Shown here piece by piece: positions 29,392 to 39,266 of a stretch of 64,000 nucleotides of DNA. Both the position numbers and the translations under genes were made by a program. The notes under the pieces are model-generated. The model was given only the letters and a program-made list of their open reading frames with translations. It was not told the origin of the DNA and ran no database searches. The DNA comes from a virus. The DNA lies in the IMG/VR virus record IMGVR_UViG_3300050158_000056, positions 30,791 to 94,790 of that record; one strand, 5' to 3'. Numbering within the stretch: the stretch's first letter is position 1; every line of letters begins with the position of its first letter.

Positions 29392-30837
29392 TTACTTTTT
29401 AGTAGTACTTACTGACCAGAACTTAGGTTTGTAAGTACCATTTAAAATAGCTAGAATATCAGGCAGGGTCATGAAAGGACGATCCAGTCCTGCAGCTCCC
29501 TTATACGACCACCAGCCTCTAGAACTCAATATATCATCGACTGCATAGCCAGACTTTTGAAGCTGCTCAGCAAATGCATCTATACCGATAGAATAATCTA
29601 CAGGTTGACCCATAAGTGACCAATTGTTCTGAATGACAAAAAGCTGGTAAGTAAGCTCTAGAGCTCTTTCTACTTTGTAAGTCCGAGACAGATCGAAGAT
29701 CTTAGTCCTACCAATATCTAAGTTGTCGAGTAATGGGCTGCGCACTGATCTAGGATTACCTATCCCATAATACTTGTTATTGCGAAGATAGTTGTAATAG
29801 CTAAGGCCAGTCATGATACCGAACCGCTGTGATGATACCATCTGAGTCTGCGATCCTGATGGAGCATTCTTACACCGCACTAGCATCATAGATAGCTCTT
29901 GTAGCTCAGTACCAGATACATGAGTATCTGATGGGTAATCAGTAATAGTGCGATCAGCTGCGCCCACGAGAGCCTTAGTGCTGGAGATTTTAAAGATCGA
30001 TGACATCAGGAAGTTAAACTTAGGACCCATGGCCTTAGTCGTCTCATCCTGGTTCATGTACTGCATGTCTTTCTTGACCGGCTTACCGTCCATGGACTGC
30101 TTCCGACCCAAGTGACCTGTCATGATGCAGTAGATACCAGCCTTAGCACAGATACTAGGTAGCTGGCGCATAAGCCTAGCTTTGTTCCATCCCTCTTCCA
30201 TGAAGATAGTACGCATAGCACTCATTTCAGTACCAGCATTATGTTCTTCATTTTTGATATTGAGTTGGCGCACTAATGCTTCAGTCCAGCTATCGATACC
30301 TACAAATGTCGGGAGCATCATCCGATAGGGTTTACCAGTAGTCGGATCTAGGATCTCAGTCTCTACTTCCCAATCTTTAAACTGCTTGATCTTAGTATCT
30401 CGAAGCTGCTTCATGAAGTCAAACCAAGCATCCAGGTTCTCACCATGATCAGTGGTAGGATCAAATATCTTAATCCTTTTTTCTAGATCAGTGATATGCG
30501 CTTCACGCTTTTCTGGTTCATCGACATAAAGATTAGACATATTGGCCAGACGATTAGTATCGAGAGCCGCATACTCACTATCAAAGTCGTAATACTCTGA
30601 CTCTGGGAATCTAGCCATAGCGTTTACAGCTGTACCATGTAAACACGTCGACTTAAACTTATTGGCATCTGCGATAAATGCAGTGGTCATACCTAGACCA
30701 CCAGACATAGCCCACGTACCAGTGGTAGTAGGTACAAACTTACCATTAGTGATATCTAACGGAGTCCCAGTATTAATATAAGGACGATAGGTGGCGCCAT
30801 CGTCTTCCGATAGACTCATGAGTGTACGAGCATTCAT
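29392..30837 (-). CDS. uvsX: UvsX/RecA-like recombinase (phiKZ gp152-like)
   Basis: RPYINTG..LDI..G, NKFKST (Walker A), FDSE, GIDSW (Walker B), R.KN.PSG, SQ..G. Confidence 0.85.
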   Translation of the reverse strand: MNARTLMSLSEDDGATYRPYINTGTPLDITNGKFVPTTTGTWAMSGGLGMTTAFIADANKFKSTCLHGTAVNAMARFPESEYYDFDSEYAALDTNRLANMSNLYVDEPEKREAHITDLEKRIKIFDPTTDHGENLDAWFDFMKQLRDTKIKQFKDWEVETEILDPTTGKPYRMMLPTFVGIDSWTEALVRQLNIKNEEHNAGTEMSAMRTIFMEEGWNKARLMRQLPSICAKAGIYCIMTGHLGRKQSMDGKPVKKDMQYMNQDETTKAMGPKFNFLMSSIFKISSTKALVGAADRTITDYPSDTHVSGTELQELSMMLVRCKNAPSGSQTQMVSSQRFGIMTGLSYYNYLRNNKYYGIGNPRSVRSPLLDNLDIGRTKIFDLSRTYKVERALELTYQLFVIQNNWSLMGQPVDYSIGIDAFAEQLQKSGYAVDDILSSRGWWSYKGAAGLDRPFMTLPDILAILNGTYKPKFWSVSTTKK

Positions 30838-30983
30838 TATAGAGTACCTTTTGATAGCGTAATTATAGATAGATAGGTTAGTTAAATCATACAATCAAAC
30901 CTTTTGTAAAAATAATAATTACTTACCTTTTTGGTATAAGATAACCACTATCCTAGATGATATGACCTCTATTGACATGATAT

Positions 30984-32273
30984 TTGAAAGGATGTTTGAC
31001 TATGGTAGCCAACATCACGAACTACGTATCGTCTACTATAAATCGAGGAGATGTTTTATCTCCTACAGAGTTTTACTCTATAAACTCTATGATCCTAGGG
31101 ATCTTAAAAGATTATCGATACAGTAGTATAAAAGCTAACAATATAGCTTTGCAATCGCATAAGACTAATTACGATGATCCTCACAACACTATGGGTAGTC
31201 TATTTCCAGATATCGTAAACAGGGTCTACAGCTTTTATAGTACTATGACAGATACCCCTATGAGTCTATATGACTTTAACACTACTGTAGTACCTTCTGT
31301 GTCCTTTTTAGAGCTATGTCATCGGATAGTCCTGAATAGATATCTATACAACAGTATAAAAAGTGGTAACACTACTCTCACTACTACATTTTTAAACATA
31401 CCCAATGATGTGTTTCGTACTGATAATCCAGATACTGTTACTAAGGTCACATTTAGTAATAGCTTTAGTAATGAAGCTCAGTTTAATCAATATGGTATCG
31501 CCAGTACGACCACTCCTCCTAATCTCATACAGACTGCTACTGATCTCAGTTTACCATCAGATAGGCTCAAACCTCTGTTCTCTACATCGGCTAGTAATCC
31601 ATATTTCCCAGGACTCTCTCCTGAAAATGATTACACCATTAGTGTAGAAAGCAATGCTAAGTGGTATACAGTGCTTATGCAGGTAGTGTGGACTCCTCAG
31701 GTCAATACTGATATATTCACCATCGGTACGATTGATGCTCTCCTCACCGTCTATATGACTAGTAAGCGAGCTATCAATGTCAAATATAACAACATCGTGT
31801 TGTTCACTACTGATATACCTGTCGCTGATGGTAGAATTAGTATAGAGTTTTCTACTAGTGGATCACTGGCTGTAAAGACTGTGGTGAGCGGTATAGTGTA
31901 CACATACGCATTCAATCTACCGATTCCAGAATTGCTGACTACTGAGCAGGGCGAATATATCGTAACTGAAGATGGCTACTTTATACCCCTAGAAAATAAC
32001 AGTGGTATACACTGGGATTGGTCATATGAGTCCAATAAACAGCTTCGTGTTAAACTAGGCCTAGAGAGTACAACGGCTAGAGGAACTTGGAATAACGTAT
32101 CCATAACTAACTCCAATGCTCTACGTGATAACAATGGAGAACCATTGTTATCTGAGAATGGATATGTACTAACTTCAGAAGGAATCACTGGCTACGACTT
32201 TGGTGTTGGAGCTTGTAGTCTAAGAGAGCTATCGTTGTATAAAGGTACAGCGACATACCCTTACGCTGCATGA
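30984..32273 (+). CDS. virion/tail-associated protein
   Basis: H....DPH motif; beta-rich C-terminus; TE.G repeats. Confidence 0.55.
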   Translation: MKGCLTMVANITNYVSSTINRGDVLSPTEFYSINSMILGILKDYRYSSIKANNIALQSHKTNYDDPHNTMGSLFPDIVNRVYSFYSTMTDTPMSLYDFNTTVVPSVSFLELCHRIVLNRYLYNSIKSGNTTLTTTFLNIPNDVFRTDNPDTVTKVTFSNSFSNEAQFNQYGIASTTTPPNLIQTATDLSLPSDRLKPLFSTSASNPYFPGLSPENDYTISVESNAKWYTVLMQVVWTPQVNTDIFTIGTIDALLTVYMTSKRAINVKYNNIVLFTTDIPVADGRISIEFSTSGSLAVKTVVSGIVYTYAFNLPIPELLTTEQGEYIVTEDGYFIPLENNSGIHWDWSYESNKQLRVKLGLESTTARGTWNNVSITNSNALRDNNGEPLLSENGYVLTSEGITGYDFGVGACSLRELSLYKGTATYPYAA

Positions 32274-32308
32274 GCCATGATAGTAAGAATAATTAAAGGA
32301 ATATCATC

Positions 32309-33871
32309 ATGACCATAGACCCCAACGCCAATTACTATCAACCATCAATGGGTAGTATCACTGGGTTCGACAATCTAACGATCACACAGACTAATACTCC
32401 AGTACCAACATTGGGTTGGTCAGTCGATCAACTAAGACAATTTCTACTCAATCCCGATGAACAGAACTTTCCATCCAGGGACTGGGTATTTAATGTCGAT
32501 CAGGACATCTCTCATCACTTAGTTGACTTCAATAACCCTCACAATGTAACTATAGACCAACTCACAAATGATTTCATTAAGAACATCATGAGTAAGCTAG
32601 TGCCAGGTACTCTACCGTCTGGTCCGGCCATAGTGTCTTATGATGCAGCATGCGAGATACCGTTGGAGACTACTGAATACATCACCGATGAATCGGGTGT
32701 GGTTATCACTACTGAGAATGGTGAGAATATAGAGACAGGAAGTTCGTTTGTCGGCCTGTTCCCTGGATCAGCTATTTCTACAAATATGTATCGCCTCAAT
32801 ATCAGTGATCAGTTTGTCTATAGTCAGACAGCGTTCGATCACTCGATGGTCGATTACACTATCGGTAAAGCTGGTATCCCTCTATTTCCTAGTTATACAG
32901 CTGTGGCTCCTACCACGTGGGGTAGTGATACCACTACACGACTAAATACGTTATTGACTACTAGTGTAATTCCTACATCTCTACTAGCACCGTTTCCACT
33001 CTACGATGTTTTTGAAACATCTATGATCGGTGAGTTTGGACTCAATCTCCCTGTAACACAAGTAGCCGGTATGACGTATTATACATGCTTCTATATCGTA
33101 CCTACAGATAACACAGGTACACTGCGCATAAACCATCCTAATAATACTACAGACTTCGCATTGGTTTCATTATTAGATGGTTCAGTTATTAGATCATCGA
33201 GTAACGTACTAATCTCAGCTGCAAAATATACCAGTGGTATCGTTAGAGTAGGATTTGGATTTAAGTCTCCTGTTGGTAATGCCGCTACTAGCATTAAGTT
33301 GACATATGCGCCATTTGGTCAGAGCTCATATACACGCACTGGTGTCGATGCTCAACTCATGTTTTCGATCGGTGGACTATCGACATCGACGGCTCTCGTA
33401 GAGCGTCCTCATCTGGTAAACCAGACACTCCCAGCAACCAATGGTCAGTTCATTGTGGATATGACTAAGATTGTACAGAACACATTGATATCGCTCAATG
33501 CAGCTACTATCAGTGTCAGTACGTATATGAGCGATCTACTATCCGGTACTGATCTAGGTAATCCTACGATCATGACATTTGGTCCACTGTCACTAGTCAG
33601 AGGTAACACTCAGATTAATGTACTGGTATCTGGTACTCCCATCGGATCTATTCCTTTTGTACCTGGTAGTAACACATACGCGATCAGCTATAGTCCCACT
33701 ACAATCATCATTAAAGACTCTCACAGTGATAGACAGACCTTTACAGGTACTTATCCACTACTACCCCTCGGTAGTCTTTATTTTGAGAAGTTCAGTGGCT
33801 ATCTACTAGGCTTTGAGATCTATGCTGGACAAGACACTGCTCTAACATTGGAATATCTGACCAATGGATAA
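32309..33871 (+). CDS. virion/tail-associated protein
   Basis: HLVDFNNPHNVT motif typical of phiKZ-like fibre proteins; lectin-like beta-rich C-terminus. Confidence 0.6.
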   Translation: MTIDPNANYYQPSMGSITGFDNLTITQTNTPVPTLGWSVDQLRQFLLNPDEQNFPSRDWVFNVDQDISHHLVDFNNPHNVTIDQLTNDFIKNIMSKLVPGTLPSGPAIVSYDAACEIPLETTEYITDESGVVITTENGENIETGSSFVGLFPGSAISTNMYRLNISDQFVYSQTAFDHSMVDYTIGKAGIPLFPSYTAVAPTTWGSDTTTRLNTLLTTSVIPTSLLAPFPLYDVFETSMIGEFGLNLPVTQVAGMTYYTCFYIVPTDNTGTLRINHPNNTTDFALVSLLDGSVIRSSSNVLISAAKYTSGIVRVGFGFKSPVGNAATSIKLTYAPFGQSSYTRTGVDAQLMFSIGGLSTSTALVERPHLVNQTLPATNGQFIVDMTKIVQNTLISLNAATISVSTYMSDLLSGTDLGNPTIMTFGPLSLVRGNTQINVLVSGTPIGSIPFVPGSNTYAISYSPTTIIIKDSHSDRQTFTGTYPLLPLGSLYFEKFSGYLLGFEIYAGQDTALTLEYLTNG

Positions 33872-34637
33872 GTTATTCACGGTAATTGATAGATTGACAT
33901 TTATCGATTCTTCATTTATCGGGTGCGAGAGTATATCGTTGTCAGCTAGAGTACATGACTTCATGCACTACTACTTTTCTAGATTCTTGACTAATATCAA
34001 GGACACGATGAAAGAGTTCTCTCAATCTGAAATCAAAGATTATACCACTAGGTATCGCAGAGCCATCGATCTATCTATCGATGATCCATTGGTGGATATA
34101 AGATCTATGATCTTAGCCATACCTAAAGGGATGATCCGCTCTTATCCAGATACTATTTCAGTATTAGTGAAACTATTAACTGATATCAATTATACCACTA
34201 TCCCTAAAGATCTAAAAGCTATCGAAGATAATCTTAAGAATCCTGATAACATATCTACGATAGCTCCTTACTCTGCTAGTGATTTTAGTAGAGATAAGAC
34301 TTTACTCAGTGGTTTATTTACACAGGCTGGATTGATTCATAAAACTGGTGAGGTGTTGTTTAACAATAAACAAGATATCCACAAAGTAGAATCAGATCTA
34401 CTAACATTAACCAACGAGTGTTATCCACTGGTGTTTGATATCAAGACTATCTTAAAGTATTTAGAAGAAGCTCATGACAGAGCTAGTGATGTGCCTGAGC
34501 ATATGCCCAACAGTCTACTCTCAGTGGGATATAGATTATCTATATTTTCGGTGGTAGTAGATAACATACAAGCGATAGAACACAACTTCGTACAGTGCTT
34601 AGAATCGATTCGTAAACGTAGTCTTAGGAATAAATAA
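33864..34637 (+). CDS. putative virion head protein (phiKZ gp153-like?)
   Basis: GCES, a possible prohead protease site near the N-terminus; helical. Confidence 0.45.
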   Translation: MDKLFTVIDRLTFIDSSFIGCESISLSARVHDFMHYYFSRFLTNIKDTMKEFSQSEIKDYTTRYRRAIDLSIDDPLVDIRSMILAIPKGMIRSYPDTISVLVKLLTDINYTTIPKDLKAIEDNLKNPDNISTIAPYSASDFSRDKTLLSGLFTQAGLIHKTGEVLFNNKQDIHKVESDLLTLTNECYPLVFDIKTILKYLEEAHDRASDVPEHMPNSLLSVGYRLSIFSVVVDNIQAIEHNFVQCLESIRKRSLRNK

Positions 34638-34644
34638 GAAGAGG

Positions 34645-34674
34645 ATGATGAGAGGGCGTGAGCCCTCTCATCAT
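34645..34674. terminator. bidirectional hairpin
   Basis: atgatgagagggc/gccctctcatcat. Confidence 0.75.
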
Positions 34675-34683
34675 ATCTCTCAA

Positions 34684-35913
34684 TTAGAAGTTTACAGTAA
34701 GATAACGGAAGATATGATCTTCGGAGCCTACAGACGATAGTAGTAGAACTGAGCCATTCTCAATGAGATTGGATCCTACGATATCCTTAGTGGTAAGATA
34801 TGTTTCCACCAACTCACGATCGCCTAGAGTATTCTCGTGGAATCGCACGGCTCTAAATTCATCTTCTACAACCACACTACCGATATAGTACTCACCCAGC
34901 TTAAACAAACTAGCGATAGGTAGTTTGTTCTCTCGTGGACCACGACGCTTTTGTCCACGACGATCCTTCTTGGAATTATCCACTACTGGAGGAGAAGTAT
35001 CGCCTTTGGTGAGATCCTTCTTGATCTTAGCTTCTTTGTAAGCTAGACGGCAGAATTCTTCAAAGTCTTCATATCGACCATTGAAGATTCGAGGCTCTTC
35101 GTCGTTGTCGAGATTGAGAGTGATATCATCAAGTGACTTCTCGATAGCTTCTCGGTTATAACCATTGGGAGTGAACGGTAGAAAGTGAGGCTTCCACGGA
35201 TATGCTTCTGGAATATCATTCACCGAATTAAACAACCAACCAACGAATGGGCCTTCCTTGTCAGAGTAATCGTCTTCACTGAACTCTACCGTCATAGCAC
35301 TACCATCATCGTCGATCCGGTGGACTCGTGTCAAGATACAATTTACACTCGGAATCGAAAGAGGACGATCTTCGTTAGCGTTGTTCTGATTGAGTTGTAC
35401 TGAACATGTCCCAGCGATGGAGTACATCAGCACATATGTGTAGTTGTTCACCGTGTCGTAAATAGCAATACCAAGGGTATCACTCACTTCGATCCGATTG
35501 AGATGAATTCGTGAGACAGGTCGGGTATAATCCAAGAATGATGATGACACTACCACACGATTCATAGCAAGCGGAGAGTAGTCATTCTTGGCTGCCATAA
35601 TAACTGCGTTAAACGACTTACGCTGAATGGTGTTAAACAACACATCCCAGATAGCTAGGCTACCGCTACTGCGTTGATCTGGACGACAGGCTAGAGTGAT
35701 CTCAGTAAGAGCATCAAACTTCTCACGACTTACCTGACGCAGAATCTTTTCCGCATCGATGGAATAGATGTTACCAGTGGGATCTTCTGGGTTATTACTA
35801 ATGAGACGATTGAAACTCAAGGATGCATCAAATGGCGCATCCGCCCTAGTGATATTCTTAGATACGACATTGAAACTCGAGAGACGACCATTCGAGAAAT
35901 TAAGACCAGTCAT
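34684..35913 (-). CDS. hypothetical protein
   Basis: 409 aa downstream of the helicase; basic patch RRGQKRRGPR. Confidence 0.7.
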   Translation of the reverse strand: MTGLNFSNGRLSSFNVVSKNITRADAPFDASLSFNRLISNNPEDPTGNIYSIDAEKILRQVSREKFDALTEITLACRPDQRSSGSLAIWDVLFNTIQRKSFNAVIMAAKNDYSPLAMNRVVVSSSFLDYTRPVSRIHLNRIEVSDTLGIAIYDTVNNYTYVLMYSIAGTCSVQLNQNNANEDRPLSIPSVNCILTRVHRIDDDGSAMTVEFSEDDYSDKEGPFVGWLFNSVNDIPEAYPWKPHFLPFTPNGYNREAIEKSLDDITLNLDNDEEPRIFNGRYEDFEEFCRLAYKEAKIKKDLTKGDTSPPVVDNSKKDRRGQKRRGPRENKLPIASLFKLGEYYIGSVVVEDEFRAVRFHENTLGDRELVETYLTTKDIVGSNLIENGSVLLLSSVGSEDHIFRYLTVNF

Positions 35914-35949
35914 GTATAGATCCCTTATGAGAAAAAGAAAATAGGTTAA

Positions 35950-37509
35950 TTAAAATAGCGCGGCTTCGATGATCGAACTATCACTAGCTCCTTGAGGACT
36001 ACCCCAAGCATCGATATCGGTAACATACTGAGGCATCTCTTCTAAGTCATCCACAATACCAAACTCAGTAAAGGGATAAGCACAGAACTTATGATTCTCA
36101 GGAGTATCTTTACATCCACGGTTTTTACGATTGACCATCGTTAGAAATTTATGACCATCGACATTGTTTTCTAGTTGTAAGAAAAACAAGATATCCACAA
36201 TACGGTGGACGTCAGAGCTATCAGCCATCAGTGATGGATTAAACTTCTTTACTGGATAGCGAGTATCACGTGCTATCTCTTCGGCTTTCTTAGTGAGCTG
36301 ATGACCAGTGGCTAATAGATAACCACATGACTTTGCATGATTAGCAAACTTAAGATAATTCTCTTTGATGAGCTGTATCTGCCCCTGCGATGAAAATGAG
36401 TCACCAGGATCGATTCCGCGGGCCTCACTCATGTAGTCTAGGTCGAACAATACGACTTGATAACCTAAGTCCACAAATGAATTATATCTCTGAGTGAATT
36501 TCCTAAATGAAAACTCATGAGGAGAATATCGATCGATAAATAACTCTACATCAAACTGAGAGAAATACTTCTGTAACCAATCTGTGATCATCTCAATCGA
36601 TAGCGTATTGAGATCTACTTGACGTTTTTCGATACGACAGTAAAGGATCTTAAATACATCCATGAGGTTTTGATTGACTTCATTTTCTAGTGAGACAAAG
36701 TAAACCAGTGCTTTCTTATCGGGCTCTACAAATATTTTATTGTAGATAATAGTCCAGAGCATGATAGATACTAACATACCAGACTTGTAGTTATGTGAGC
36801 TAGCAGCAAAGACTACAGTCTCACCCAGTCCAAATCCACCTCGGCTACCTAGTGCCTTATTAAGACCTTGTAGACCAGTCTTAATGACACCTCTGATATT
36901 TCTATCCATAAATGTATTAAGAGCTCTCATGATACTGTCTTTATCAGACAGACTCACATACGTCTCTGAAGCTTTGGTATCTGAGACAGCCTGACGAGAT
37001 TCGATAGACTTTAAAGAGTCATCTAGCATGCTCTTTACTTTATTGAGTTCGATCTCTTGCTCTTCGACATCACTAATCTCAGAGATGTTCTTAGACTTAG
37101 CAAAGATCTTCCTAGCTACAGCATCGATACCTGAGAGTAATAACGCATTGTTGATGCGCTTAGTGTATTCATCGATTTGTTTAGCAGAGATAGGAGTATC
37201 CGCGGTCAGTACATCTGTGAGCAGATCTCGGATGACTGGATGCGCTTTGATAGTCTCATTACTCTTTACTTTGAGTAAGAGTATCTTAGAAGCAGTCACA
37301 TCTTCCTGATTGGTATTTTCAGCTATGACTGATTTGATAAGACTCTTATATACTTCAATGAGTTCATCATCACCAGTCTTGAATTCTTTTTTAGAAGATA
37401 GTTTATCTTGGACTTCGATAAACTCTTTTACAAGAGCACGAGGTCTATCTGAACTATCTCCTAGTAACAGGAATAGTGCATCTAAATAGGTAGAGGCAGA
37501 AACCAACAT
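35950..37509 (-). CDS. dnaB: DnaB-like replicative helicase (phiKZ gp118-like)
   Basis: TGLQGLNKALG..GG, HNYKSG, SLEN, LDYM, HQL and K.RG motifs. Confidence 0.9.
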   Translation of the reverse strand: MLVSASTYLDALFLLLGDSSDRPRALVKEFIEVQDKLSSKKEFKTGDDELIEVYKSLIKSVIAENTNQEDVTASKILLLKVKSNETIKAHPVIRDLLTDVLTADTPISAKQIDEYTKRINNALLLSGIDAVARKIFAKSKNISEISDVEEQEIELNKVKSMLDDSLKSIESRQAVSDTKASETYVSLSDKDSIMRALNTFMDRNIRGVIKTGLQGLNKALGSRGGFGLGETVVFAASSHNYKSGMLVSIMLWTIIYNKIFVEPDKKALVYFVSLENEVNQNLMDVFKILYCRIEKRQVDLNTLSIEMITDWLQKYFSQFDVELFIDRYSPHEFSFRKFTQRYNSFVDLGYQVVLFDLDYMSEARGIDPGDSFSSQGQIQLIKENYLKFANHAKSCGYLLATGHQLTKKAEEIARDTRYPVKKFNPSLMADSSDVHRIVDILFFLQLENNVDGHKFLTMVNRKNRGCKDTPENHKFCAYPFTEFGIVDDLEEMPQYVTDIDAWGSPQGASDSSIIEAALF

Positions 37510-37751
37510 TTCGGTTCACCTTTTGATAGAACATACAGAATAGGTCGACACAAGATCGTGCTGATATCTCTATTTATAAATATCAGGATCCAGTGTGGAA
37601 ATACAAGATATAAAGATAGTATGACTTTATTACCAACAGTAAAAGGGATAGACTCATCTGGGTCGTCCAAATCATAAATCCTTTTTGGAACTTTTTAATA
37701 ATCGATTGGTTTTGAAAAGTCTTAGATTTGTGAGGTCATGACCTATTTACA

Positions 37752-39263
37752 ATGAGGATCATCAATATGCTTTTCCTAAGAGACGAGAAAGTATTCTCGG
37801 TTTCAAAGACGATGGGAGCTGTCCCATACGACGACATCAAAACACTATTTAGTGAGTTCTTTTGTTACCTACTCATCACTGGGTTATATCTAGAGGGTAG
37901 ATCACATGGTGGTCTCCGTAGCAGCGCCGATAGACTCAGCGAAAACCAAGGTGTAGTTGGGCTATTCGATAATTGCTATAATTACAAATTAGGTAAAATC
38001 TATAGCGATGAACTCATAGCCAGGTACAAAGTACTCTTGGTTCATCCTGACATCATCGACTCTGAGTTAAAAGTATTAAGACAACTCGATGGTATCTTCT
38101 TAGATAAGAACGAGACTTATGGTTATCAGCTTTCAGCTAATGACATCCTAGGTATCGCTTATCGCCGTGTGTTTACAAATGATATGATGAACATTGCCCA
38201 TTACGTGGCAGTGACATTTGGACAGACTGAGTTTCCTGAAACTAAGAAACTACCAGTCCTTTATATTTCATTGTTTGGTAATATCCATCTTAGTCAATAC
38301 GACACCACTATGGTGTCTGCTCCTAAGTTACTATATGGTACACTGCGAGATGGCGTCCAGGTGACTGCGCTATGGTCATTACTCTCTACTCAGATTGACA
38401 GTATAGGTGAAGCTTATTGGCCAGGTAACTATCTAGGTGATCTACTGACCAGTCTATCATTCCTAGGAGCAGATGTCAATGATGGTAGAGCTATTTCCTA
38501 TCCCAGACTAGCCAATGCGCTAAGTGTCAGTGGTAGACTAGGGATCGATGGATTCAATCCCATCCCGATGAGTGCTCAAGCTTACAAAGAATTTCTATAT
38601 GGTACTATACGTGGAAACAGTGGTAAGATGGATGTCATCAATACCCCCATTTTCCTATATATACTAAATGTTATGATGGAAAAGGTTGAAGCAACTTCAC
38701 AAACCCATCTTTTCGCAGAAAATTCTTCCTTTAGAAAACTCTACCAGTTTAATCAAATAAACTACAAAAAGGTAGACCAACCCCACATCCTACAATACGC
38801 ACTCGAGGCTCTCGATGCTAAAGTAGATGACACTGAACAATCTTCTGAGGAGTCAGCCGATGGCTTTAACGAGGAAGATGATACTACAAAGCCTACTGAA
38901 GGTAGCACTGAAGATCCAATCGAAGAAGATCCTCAGACTGATGAAAATGGTTATGATCCTGCTTCTCCTCCGCCAGCTGTCCCTATCGGGGCACCTAGTA
39001 TGGATAAGAATACTATAGACATCATCTCGTTTGATAAAACGGGAGAAGGTGTTAATGAAGATCTATACCGAACCGCTGTAATCGCTTTGAATGATCGGCT
39101 TCAGAGAGATGACAGTATCGAGATAGAATCTGAAACTAAAGATGCTCTTAACTATTGGGTTAATGGCTTCTTATACAGAACAGCTATCTCAGCCACTAAA
39201 GATCAAATTTCTTCTCTGGGCCTTCAGCAACATCTGAAGATTTTAAGTAAAGTGAAAGGTTAA
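37752..39263 (+). CDS. virion head-associated protein (phiKZ gp119-like)
   Basis: Lies between the helicase and capsid genes; ALEAL site then an acidic linker; LYR..V..W C-terminal domain. Confidence 0.6.
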   Translation: MRIINMLFLRDEKVFSVSKTMGAVPYDDIKTLFSEFFCYLLITGLYLEGRSHGGLRSSADRLSENQGVVGLFDNCYNYKLGKIYSDELIARYKVLLVHPDIIDSELKVLRQLDGIFLDKNETYGYQLSANDILGIAYRRVFTNDMMNIAHYVAVTFGQTEFPETKKLPVLYISLFGNIHLSQYDTTMVSAPKLLYGTLRDGVQVTALWSLLSTQIDSIGEAYWPGNYLGDLLTSLSFLGADVNDGRAISYPRLANALSVSGRLGIDGFNPIPMSAQAYKEFLYGTIRGNSGKMDVINTPIFLYILNVMMEKVEATSQTHLFAENSSFRKLYQFNQINYKKVDQPHILQYALEALDAKVDDTEQSSEESADGFNEEDDTTKPTEGSTEDPIEEDPQTDENGYDPASPPPAVPIGAPSMDKNTIDIISFDKTGEGVNEDLYRTAVIALNDRLQRDDSIEIESETKDALNYWVNGFLYRTAISATKDQISSLGLQQHLKILSKVKG

Positions 39264-39266
39264 TCC

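Noticed and set aside
29392-37509. Non-canonical Walker A in UvsX (ADANKFKST) and DnaB (AASSHNYKSG) as signs of inactivation
   Set aside because: The catalytic K-S/T and other motifs are retained, and phiKZ-like homologs are similarly divergent.
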